Shown one piece after another: positions 25,111 to 32,663 of a DNA stretch of 36,487 nucleotides; positions within the stretch are counted from its first letter, which is position 1; each line of letters begins with the position of its first letter. The stretch is from an uncultured Acidobacteriota bacterium (GTDB lineage: Bacteria; Acidobacteriota; Vicinamibacteria; Fen-336; JAGNNV01). The notes under the pieces were generated by a model. It saw nothing but the letters and a program-made list of their open reading frames with translations, ran no database searches and was not told the origin of the DNA. The translations under genes and the position numbers were made by a program. The stretch covers positions 1 through 36,487 of the forward strand of contig CAZBTT010000001.1 of assembly GCA_964494295.1 (NCBI GenBank), given 5' to 3'.

Positions 25111-27394
25111 CTCGGGGCGGAGAACTTCCTGCCTTCCGGACACTGAGCACTATCCAACCCCAGGCCAGGGCGGAGAGCCAGAACCCGACTATCAAGCCCG
25201 GAGTTTGATAGTCGAGCCGAACCAGGTGTTCGCCAGCCTCCAGGTCCACCGACTGAAAGATCAGGTTTGCCGGCAGGACATCGTGGGGTTTCCCATCGAC
25301 GCGCGCGTGCCATCCCTCGGAATACGCGTTCAGGAGCACCAGGGTCCCGGGCTCGGACAACCTGGCTCGGACCAGTACTGAGCCGCCGGTATCACTTTCG
25401 ATCTTCGCCTCGGACACGGCCGCCGCCGGCGCCTCAGGCCGCCGGGATGAAGGCTGCGCTCCGATTCGGACAATCTCCTGCTCTCGATTGAAGGTCGAGC
25501 TTCCCATCGTTTGGAGGGCAGCATCTTGTGATTCCTCGCTCACCACCCTGTGGACCACGTAAGCCATGGGCAGGGGGTCGGGCACTTTGAGGACTTCCAC
25601 AGCTCGTTCTTGAAAAGTTCTTACGCTGGCAACGACTGGGAACTCGGCCGGGACTGGTCCGGCATAGCGAATGGCGTGGGTAACTCCTGCGAGTCGGAGC
25701 CATCGCTCGTTTGTGGTTTGGGCGCTCGAGGCGATGGCGGTCATGGCTGAGTACGCGGGCCTCGCCAGCCCGGTGAAATCTCCGTCGAAACTTCCCTTCA
25801 GTCCCCACCTTACCGACTGAGGTGGAAGAAGGAATTGACCCAGGCCGAAATAGAAGGCCTCTTTCTCCGACCAGTCCGCCGGAGACTTCCACGCCAGGGT
25901 GGGCGAGCGGGACCTCTGAAACACGTAGATCCTGGATGCTTCCTGTCGACGCAACTCGTCAACCAGGCTCGGTCGAATCCGGAAGATCTCCTCGGAAGAA
26001 TAAGAGTTCATGGCCTGGCCTGCACCCAGGAGGTCGAGAACCACGATGAGCGCGACGCCGAATTCGGTTCGTTGCGCGCGGGATACAACGAGAACCAGGC
26101 TGCCGAGGGCAAGCGGCGCCAACGGGGCGAGGCCCAGGGCTCGCTCCCACAAGCTGTCCCCCCCGGGGACGATGGACGCGCCCCACAAGATCAGGGCCAG
26201 CCCCACGAGTGCGCCGCCCAGCAGAGTTCCGGGCAGGCTCGTTTGAGGCGCCCTTCGGTTGAGCTCCCTGCACCCGATGGCTGCCAGTAGCGCCCAACAC
26301 CCGGACACGAACCACAGGATTTTTGAGGGGAACCGAAAGGAGGAAATCAAGGGAGCATCAGCGAGGAGTCCCGCGAGGGGTGTATGACGCCCCATGCTCA
26401 GGGCGATGGTCAGCGCCAGCAGCAGCCCCAAACGCGGCGCACGTCTGATTCCAAGCACAAGAAGCGGGAGAGTCGAGGCGCCCATGTACATGAATTGAAT
26501 CAGGCGCTGGCGTTCCTCGAGGTCCCCGGGCCTCTCCCCGGGGGAATGGGCAATTCCGCTGAGGGGGATGACCAGATCCACGAGTGAAACGCCCGTGACC
26601 GACCAGTGCATGCGGCCTGCGGGGTCGAGGTTCTTGCGCGAAGTCTGTCCCGCCAGTATCACCGTCGGCAGCCACTGAATAGCGGCCAACAGCAAACACA
26701 ACCCCAACGCTGTCGATAATTTGAGCAGGAAGGGCAGCAACCGGCTCCACCGGGTCGGCAACAAGAGAGCCATTCCGAGCCCCGTCATCAGACAGACGTC
26801 GGCGGACCCCGCGAGGGCCTGGAGGGCCGCCAGGCAGGCGAGCCTTTTCACGCCTCCTCGCCCGCTTCGGAGTCGCAGGAACGCGTCGAGAACCCACGGC
26901 ATGTACATGACCGATGAGAAGTGATGCCAGAGATTGGCGGACGAAACCACGGGTCCCGCGGCAATGAACACCGCGACGCCAACCAGCGCGCTGGACACCG
27001 AGCGCAGTCGGCGCCTGAGGAGTTGAAAAGCGCCCAGGCTGCCAAAGAGGGTGTGTCCGACAACAAGTACCGTGTAGGCGACATTCGCCGGGAGGATCCA
27101 GTTGAGGATCGAAGGCGGGTAGAAGAACTGAAAACTCGGGTCGGCCAGGAATGGCGAGCCGAAGGCAACGAAGGGATTCCACTGAGGCAGCCGGCCATTG
27201 GCCAGCGTTCCGGTGGCCCATTCGACGTGAGGCAGCCAGTAGACCCAGATATCCCGTTCGAAAAAGAAGCCCAGGCCGGCGACTGCCGGCCAGTACAGCA
27301 CCAATGCGAACCCGGCCGAAAGGGCAAGTCCCTTGAGGTCACGCGGCAGGTCCATGCCCATCCAGCGTGTCGGCTTGTCGCGCCACAATGTCAT
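25070..27394 (-). CDS. YfhO-like polytopic membrane protein (putative GT-C-fold glycosyltransferase), paralogue 1
   Basis: The start is taken at the ATG (MTLWRDKP...) that overlaps the upstream stop as TGATG. The longest ORF would reach 27484. There are more than 10 TM helices. The first loop reads ...FFFERDIWVYWLPHVEW...GRLPQWNPFVAFGSPFL.... The C-terminus, ...YSEGWHARVDGKPHDVL...LEAGEHLVRLDYQTPGLIVGFWLSALAWGWIVLSV, is a soluble domain plus a terminal TM helix, as in YfhO. Confidence 0.72.
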   Translation of the reverse strand: MTLWRDKPTRWMGMDLPRDLKGLALSAGFALVLYWPAVAGLGFFFERDIWVYWLPHVEWATGTLANGRLPQWNPFVAFGSPFLADPSFQFFYPPSILNWILPANVAYTVLVVGHTLFGSLGAFQLLRRRLRSVSSALVGVAVFIAAGPVVSSANLWHHFSSVMYMPWVLDAFLRLRSGRGGVKRLACLAALQALAGSADVCLMTGLGMALLLPTRWSRLLPFLLKLSTALGLCLLLAAIQWLPTVILAGQTSRKNLDPAGRMHWSVTGVSLVDLVIPLSGIAHSPGERPGDLEERQRLIQFMYMGASTLPLLVLGIRRAPRLGLLLALTIALSMGRHTPLAGLLADAPLISSFRFPSKILWFVSGCWALLAAIGCRELNRRAPQTSLPGTLLGGALVGLALILWGASIVPGGDSLWERALGLAPLAPLALGSLVLVVSRAQRTEFGVALIVVLDLLGAGQAMNSYSSEEIFRIRPSLVDELRRQEASRIYVFQRSRSPTLAWKSPADWSEKEAFYFGLGQFLLPPQSVRWGLKGSFDGDFTGLARPAYSAMTAIASSAQTTNERWLRLAGVTHAIRYAGPVPAEFPVVASVRTFQERAVEVLKVPDPLPMAYVVHRVVSEESQDAALQTMGSSTFNREQEIVRIGAQPSSRRPEAPAAAVSEAKIESDTGGSVLVRARLSEPGTLVLLNAYSEGWHARVDGKPHDVLPANLIFQSVDLEAGEHLVRLDYQTPGLIVGFWLSALAWGWIVLSVRKAGSSPPRAREQSPEGPLQSS

Positions 27395-29607
27395 CAGATG
27401 CGCAGGAAGAGGCAAATCAAGCAGACAAGGCCGGCTACGAGTGAGATGCTGATTCCCGCGACCAACCCGGGAGGGTCGTACCACATGCGGACATGGCTTC
27501 GTCCCTTCCCGAGCGGGACTTCCCGGTGACCATCGGGTGTTGAAAGTATGGATAGTTCGATTCCGTTGACGGTGGCCCTCCAGCCTTTGCTCATGGGCTC
27601 TCGGACGATGAGACCCGTTGGGAGGTCCACGACGACCTCGATCTCAAGGGTGTCCGAGTTCTCGTGGAGGATCGTCACAGGTTCGCTGAACCGGGGCAGG
27701 CCGCCCGCCAACTCGTAGACCCTGATCTTGAGAGGCGCGATTCGGTGCGGCGCGATCTCGGTCAACAGTCGCAGAGCCGGGTCATCGAGCAACTCCAGGC
27801 TGACGACTCGAGTCACGCCAGCGCTGCGCAGCAACGGCAGCATCAGCGGGAACTTTGTGCAGTCCGAGAGGTCCTCGGTCAGCACGCGTCGGGTGGCCAC
27901 CAGACTGGTGCGATCCGGGCTCAGAGCGGTCCTCACTCCGAAGGGGAGGTGGAAATCGGGCGTCATCGTCTCCTGCAGGGCGGCCATGGTGAGGGTTTCA
28001 TGGTGCACGCCACGGTTGAACCGCGCGTTCCAATAGCTGGGGCTCTTCTCGATATCGCAGGTGTAGACGCGACCGCCCGATTGGCGGACCAGATCCATTT
28101 CCTGATGCATCTCCGGAGACACCTGGTAGAAGTCAGTCGTCACCCCAGGGTTCAGGCCGGCTCCTGCTCGGACCAGATCCGCCGCCACAAGAGCAACGAC
28201 TGCTATTGCGGCCCGTCGGCTGGTCAGGAGGTTTCGCCCGGCCATCCAGCAGAGCGCTCCCGCGATGATGGCCACAGCGCCGCCGGTGGCGGCATCGTTC
28301 GCAATGAAAGCCCCGATCTGCGCGCGCTGAGTGGCCAGGGTTTGAGGGGGCAGGAAGCCATACAGGAACCAGCCTGTCCATTGCGGAGCGATCCACGGCA
28401 GGAGAGGGAGCGCGGCGAAGGCGCCACCGAGACCCATACTCACCCGACAAAGTCGGGTCAGGTAACCCGGTGCAGCATTTACGAGAGCGTCGGCGGCAAG
28501 AGACGTCAGGAGCGCAACGCAGAACTGAGCCGTGAAGAACGCCTTCACGGGATATCTGAGAAAGCGAAGGCCCGGAGACAATTCGACAACGCTCTCCCAC
28601 CCGGCGTAGCGGCCCAGTCCAACAAGAATCGCGATCAACGCCAACAGCCCCAATCGTCGGCGGAGTGGGCGCTTCACGGTGATTCCGACAATGGCCAGAG
28701 CCACGACGGTGGGTCCGAGATAGAGACTCAATATGTAGGGAAAACCCATCGGGAAGAAGTTCTCCCCCCACCAGAGGCCGGTTATGTTCGAAGTCTCACC
28801 GTAGAAGCCCGCGATGAATACTTGAAAGAGAGTCAGGGGGTGGATCGAGTGGGCCAGCATCACCGAAGGGGAAAAGCCTGAGGTCCGCTCACTCCCGGCA
28901 GAGGCGGAAAGAAGGGGCGCCACGACCGCTGCCGAAAGCGCCAGGGCCAGCCCGGCGGCTGCGGCCGCCCGCAAGAGCCGCAACCGGCTGTCGGGAGGTG
29001 TGAGCAGCACCGCCAGAATGCAGGTCTGAATCACGATCTCGAGGCCAGTGGTGCTGACCAATATCGAGAGCGTGATCGCCGCAAGGGCCAACTCGCGTGA
29101 TCCGCCCCGTTCAAGCAGTCGGCGAAAGGCCATGACAAAAAGAGGAGCCCAGGCAATGGCCTGGGTGTAGACGTAGAGATTGAGGCTGGACAGGGAGAAG
29201 CCCCCAAGGGCATAGACACCCGCCCCGGCAACCGCCCCCAGCGGACCGATCCGGAGCTCACGCGCCAGAAGTGTGAAGGAAACGGCCGCCATCGGAATGT
29301 GGAGAGCCAGAAAGAGAGAGATCCCAAACTCATTCGGTATGAGCAACTGCAAGAGGTCGGGGAAGTACCCGAAGGAAGACAGAAGCAGGGGTGTGCCTTC
29401 GTGGGTGAGCGGGTTCCAGAATCGCAGTTCACCACGCCCCAATCCCTCGAGGATGAACTTTCTCCCGGGTATGAAATACGCCGAGAGGTCCCGAAAGTAG
29501 AGGCTGTCTCTCTCGAGGAACAGCCTTATGAACGGAATGAAGCCGATGATCGCCGCCGCGGCGGCCGGCCACAGGAGGCCGTCTTTGGCTCGGTTTGGTT
29601 CGCTCAC
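27394..29607 (-). CDS. YfhO-like polytopic membrane protein (putative GT-C-fold glycosyltransferase), paralogue 2
   Basis: 737 aa with a GTG start. The first loop reads ...SLYFRDLSAYFIPGRKFILEGLGRGELRFWNPLTHEGTPLL.... There are many TM helices. The C-terminus reads ...MSKGWRATVNGIELSIL...LGKGRSHVRMWYDPPGLVAGISISLVAGLVCLICL (terminal TM). The layout matches paralogue 1. Confidence 0.72.
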   Translation of the reverse strand: MSEPNRAKDGLLWPAAAAAIIGFIPFIRLFLERDSLYFRDLSAYFIPGRKFILEGLGRGELRFWNPLTHEGTPLLLSSFGYFPDLLQLLIPNEFGISLFLALHIPMAAVSFTLLARELRIGPLGAVAGAGVYALGGFSLSSLNLYVYTQAIAWAPLFVMAFRRLLERGGSRELALAAITLSILVSTTGLEIVIQTCILAVLLTPPDSRLRLLRAAAAAGLALALSAAVVAPLLSASAGSERTSGFSPSVMLAHSIHPLTLFQVFIAGFYGETSNITGLWWGENFFPMGFPYILSLYLGPTVVALAIVGITVKRPLRRRLGLLALIAILVGLGRYAGWESVVELSPGLRFLRYPVKAFFTAQFCVALLTSLAADALVNAAPGYLTRLCRVSMGLGGAFAALPLLPWIAPQWTGWFLYGFLPPQTLATQRAQIGAFIANDAATGGAVAIIAGALCWMAGRNLLTSRRAAIAVVALVAADLVRAGAGLNPGVTTDFYQVSPEMHQEMDLVRQSGGRVYTCDIEKSPSYWNARFNRGVHHETLTMAALQETMTPDFHLPFGVRTALSPDRTSLVATRRVLTEDLSDCTKFPLMLPLLRSAGVTRVVSLELLDDPALRLLTEIAPHRIAPLKIRVYELAGGLPRFSEPVTILHENSDTLEIEVVVDLPTGLIVREPMSKGWRATVNGIELSILSTPDGHREVPLGKGRSHVRMWYDPPGLVAGISISLVAGLVCLICLFLRI

Positions 29608-29638
29608 GACCTAACCACCGCGAGAGTCGTCACTCCGA

Positions 29639-30400
29639 TCACGAGCGGTCTGGACCATCCGCTTTCCTGAGTGGCATCTTTTCGCCTCTCCGAAGCGAGG
29701 CGTGGAACCGCATCAGTCTGGCGAAGTAGCTTGCCGAGTCCCGAAGGCCGCGAACGGTCGAGGTCTTGTCGTCGCGCCGAACGTAGGCCCCCGGGATCTC
29801 CCTTATCTGAAGCCCGGCCCTCTCGGCCCGGATCATGAACTCGGTGTCCCAGAACCATCTGGGATCTTCAATGCGGTCAATGATCGGCAACAGGCGCTCG
29901 CGTCGAAAGAACTTGAAGCCCGTCTCGGTGTCGCGCAGGGCCGTCCCCAGAAATCGCCTCACCAGCCACGAGTACCCGCGGCTCATGAAATAGCGGTCGA
30001 GGGCGCGGAGTTGAAACGCATAGATCCGCCTGACCGTGGCCACGTCGGCTCCGCTCTCAATCGCCTGGACCAGCGACGGGATGTACCGACAGTGCACTTC
30101 CAGGTCGATGTCCAGGTAACCGGCGATGGCGCCGCGAGCGGCGCGGAAACCGTCCGTGACCGTGGCGCCGCGACCTTTATTGACGTCATGGAGCAAGACC
30201 CGGAGATCCATGTCCCGGTTCTGGGCCACGAGCTTCTCGATCAACCGCCGCGTGCCGTCCCGACTCACATCGTCGACGAACAGGATTTCGAAAGTTCGAT
30301 CGAGGAGGAGCAACGTCTGCCGAAGCTCATGGAAGCTGGCCTCGAGGGTTTCCTCCTCGTTGTAGCAGGCCAGAACGACGCTTAGCTTGGGTTCGTCCAT
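29639..30400 (-). CDS. GT2-family glycosyltransferase, polyprenol-phosphate-sugar synthase type (DPM1/GtrB/CsbB/ArnC-like)
   Basis: The start is taken at the ATG (MDEPKLSVVLACYNEEETL...). The longest ORF starts with TTG at 30436. Motifs: ...ILFVDDVSRDGT..., ...NKGRGATV..., DxD-like ...GYLDIDLE... and ...ETGFKFFRRE.... No C-terminal TM helices are evident. Confidence 0.82.
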   Translation of the reverse strand: MDEPKLSVVLACYNEEETLEASFHELRQTLLLLDRTFEILFVDDVSRDGTRRLIEKLVAQNRDMDLRVLLHDVNKGRGATVTDGFRAARGAIAGYLDIDLEVHCRYIPSLVQAIESGADVATVRRIYAFQLRALDRYFMSRGYSWLVRRFLGTALRDTETGFKFFRRERLLPIIDRIEDPRWFWDTEFMIRAERAGLQIREIPGAYVRRDDKTSTVRGLRDSASYFARLMRFHASLRRGEKMPLRKADGPDRS

Positions 30401-30488
30401 GATTCGCCGGCGTGGAGGTCCCGGGCCCACGCCCAAGGGGACGAAAATGGTAGCACTGTCCGCAGTTGATCCTTGAAGTCAGCTGCGG

Positions 30489-31322
30489 TCAAGCGCGTCG
30501 TGCGACGGCGATGCAACTTGCCCCGAAGGGCAGCACCTTTTTCTTTTTCAGGCGCCCGCGTTCGATCTGAAGCACCCGGTCGGCAAGAAAACGAAGCGGG
30601 CCTCCGCCCAAGGAGTGCTCCTTGACGCCCGGCTCGCTCGTGGTTTTCCTACGGAACCCCAGGCGACTTGGGATTGTCCGGAATAGAAAGACCGGAAGTG
30701 TGAGGGGGACGAAATAGTAGGACATGTAATCGACCGGGAAATCGGCTTCGCTCAACGAACGCCGAAGGCTCTCCATCGAGTACCGACGTTGGTGCTGCGC
30801 GTAGTCGTCGTCGGTGGACCATAGCCCCATGAACGCCGGAACGGTCACGTAGATGCGACCGCCGGGCTTCATGATGTCGTGAAGGTGGGCGAGGAAGGCA
30901 CGATCGTGCTGGACGTGCTCCAGGACGTCGAACAGACCGATGGCCGAAACCGAACCGGAGCGAAATCGGGCCGACTCGACGGTCGAGCAAACCACAGTGC
31001 GCAGACCCCGCCCGATGGCGTTCGCGGCGCCGCTCGCGCTGGGTTCAAGGACGATGCAGGAGTGCCCGGCGCTCTCCAATCCTCGTGCGACATAGCCATT
31101 GCCGGCTCCCACGTCCAGTATCGGGCCCTCGGGCGGAAACATCGCCACGAGGTCGACGATCACGGCGTTTCGGTGGCGAAACCAGAACGATTGGTCTTCG
31201 ACGGCAAGGCACTGCGTATTGCCGTCCGAGGGATAGCTGACGGGCTCCGTGCCCTCTGCCCGCCAGAACCCCGGTGAGGCCAGTTTGAGCCCAGGCGCAA
31301 TTGTCGAAAGATCAGTATCCAA
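30489..31322 (-). CDS. Class I SAM-dependent methyltransferase
   Basis: Motifs: ...QSFWFRHRNAVIVDLV..., motif I ILDVGAGNGYVARGLESAGHSCIVLEPS, and ...FDVLEHVQHDRAFLAHLHDIMKPGGRIYVTVPA.... The start is uncertain. I chose the TTG at 31322 because third-position GC rises only from about there and 31323..31483 looks like AT-richer non-coding DNA. The longest ORF reaches a GTG at 31499, which would overlap pilT; another GTG lies at 31439. Confidence 0.7.
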   Translation of the reverse strand: MDTDLSTIAPGLKLASPGFWRAEGTEPVSYPSDGNTQCLAVEDQSFWFRHRNAVIVDLVAMFPPEGPILDVGAGNGYVARGLESAGHSCIVLEPSASGAANAIGRGLRTVVCSTVESARFRSGSVSAIGLFDVLEHVQHDRAFLAHLHDIMKPGGRIYVTVPAFMGLWSTDDDYAQHQRRYSMESLRRSLSEADFPVDYMSYYFVPLTLPVFLFRTIPSRLGFRRKTTSEPGVKEHSLGGGPLRFLADRVLQIERGRLKKKKVLPFGASCIAVARRA

Positions 31323-31411
31323 AGCGGCTTGGAGCAGAAGAGAATGAAAACCGGTTGCGCGGACTGTACAGCAAGATCGGGGTCTGATCGACCCTGTCGG
31401 GAAGGATTTTC

Positions 31412-31427
31412 TGGAAAGCGGTATGCT
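31412..31427 (+). promoter_or_regulatory. Sigma54-like -24/-12 element upstream of pilT
   Basis: TGGAAAGCGGTATGCT compared with the consensus TGGCACG-N4-TTGCW. The GG and GC dinucleotides are at the correct 10-nt separation, and 9 of the 12 defined positions match. It lies 57 nt upstream of the pilT GTG. A sigma70-type -10-like TACAAT at 31443..31448 is an alternative. Confidence 0.22.
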
Positions 31428-31483
31428 TCCATAAAACACGCTTACAATCCCGCGTGTCAGCAACGATATTAGGAGGATTCTTA

Positions 31484-32632
31484 GTGGCCGACGCCCCACC
31501 GCTTTCGCTGCACCACCTGCTCAAGACGATGGTCGAGCGCGGAGGATCCGACCTCCACATCACCACGAACTCCGCCCCGCAGATCCGGGTCGACGGCCAC
31601 CTTCATCCGCTCGAGGGTTATTCGCCGATGTCGCAGTCAGACACGAAGACGCTCGCTTACAGCGTCCTGACGGACGCACAAAAGCACCGCTTCGAAGAAA
31701 ACCTCGAACTCGACTTCAGCTTCGGCATCAAGGGCCTCGCCCGCTTCCGCGCCAACAACTTCTTCCAGCGCGGCGCGGTGGGTGCGGTCTACAGAACCAT
31801 TCCCGTCGAGATCAAGTCCTTCAACCAGCTGGCGTTGCCGGCGGTGGTGGCTCAGATCTCCGAGAAGCCTCGCGGTCTCGTGCTCGTGACCGGCCCCACG
31901 GGTTCGGGCAAGTCCACGACCCTCGCCGCCATGATCGACAAGATCAATATGGACCGGCACGATCACATCCTCACCATCGAGGATCCGATCGAGTTCGTGC
32001 ACCAGCACAAGAACTGCCTGGTCAATCAGCGCGAAGTCCACCAGGACACGGCATCGTTCAGCAACGCCCTGCGCGCCGCCCTCCGCGAAGATCCCGATGT
32101 GGTCCTGGTCGGCGAAATGCGCGACCTTGAAACGATCGAATCGGCCCTGCGCATCGCGGAAACCGGCCATCTCACCTTCGGCACCCTGCACACGAACTCC
32201 GCGGCGCAGACCATCAACCGTGTCATCGACGTCTTCCCGGCGCACCAGCAGGGCCAGGTTCGCGCGCAGCTCGCGCTCACCATCGAAGGCATCCTCTGTC
32301 AGGCGCTCCTGCCGAAGATCTCGGGCAAGGGCCGCGCGATGGCGATGGAGATCCTGGTTCCAAATCCCGCGATCCGGAACCTGATCCGCGAAGACAAGAT
32401 CCACCAGATCTACTCGACCATGCAGACCGGGCAGGACAAGTTCGGCATGCAGACCTTCAACCAGAGCCTCGCCCAGCTGTACCAGACGAAGCAGATCAAT
32501 CTTCAGACTGCGATTCAACGAAGTTCACTGCCCGATGAGCTTCAGGACATGATCAATCGCGGCGTCGGCACCAACGCGGCGCCGGGCGGCCCGCAGCGGC
32601 CCGGGATGCCCCCGCGTCCCCCCGCACGTTGA
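31484..32632 (+). CDS. pilT: Type IV pilus retraction (twitching motility) ATPase PilT
   Basis: The GTG at 31484 is preceded by AGGAGG (31471..31476) with a 7-nt spacer. Motifs: ...LLKTMVERGGSDLHI..., Walker A VTGPTGSGKSTT, ...DPDVVLVGEMRD..., His box GHLTFGTLHTNSAAQT, and the PilT-specific AIRNLIRE motif (NPAIRNLIREDKIHQI). It has a Pro-rich C-terminal tail. Confidence 0.92.
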   Translation: MADAPPLSLHHLLKTMVERGGSDLHITTNSAPQIRVDGHLHPLEGYSPMSQSDTKTLAYSVLTDAQKHRFEENLELDFSFGIKGLARFRANNFFQRGAVGAVYRTIPVEIKSFNQLALPAVVAQISEKPRGLVLVTGPTGSGKSTTLAAMIDKINMDRHDHILTIEDPIEFVHQHKNCLVNQREVHQDTASFSNALRAALREDPDVVLVGEMRDLETIESALRIAETGHLTFGTLHTNSAAQTINRVIDVFPAHQQGQVRAQLALTIEGILCQALLPKISGKGRAMAMEILVPNPAIRNLIREDKIHQIYSTMQTGQDKFGMQTFNQSLAQLYQTKQINLQTAIQRSSLPDELQDMINRGVGTNAAPGGPQRPGMPPRPPAR

Positions 32633-32663
32633 TTCCGACCTCAAGGACTAAAGGAGACACTGG

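Noticed and set aside
23221-25143. A 640-aa minus-strand ORF antisense to pilB.
   Set aside because: It has no motifs and its composition is D/E/R/L/V/H-biased. pilB on the plus strand has a full set of GspE/PilB signatures.
31323-31499. The longest-ORF start (GTG at 31499) for the methyltransferase, which would overlap the pilT start on the other strand.
   Set aside because: Third-codon-position GC is low across this stretch. The DNA is AT-richer and contains promoter and RBS-like elements for pilT. The conserved methyltransferase sequence begins downstream. The true start is still uncertain; candidates are 31322 and 31439.
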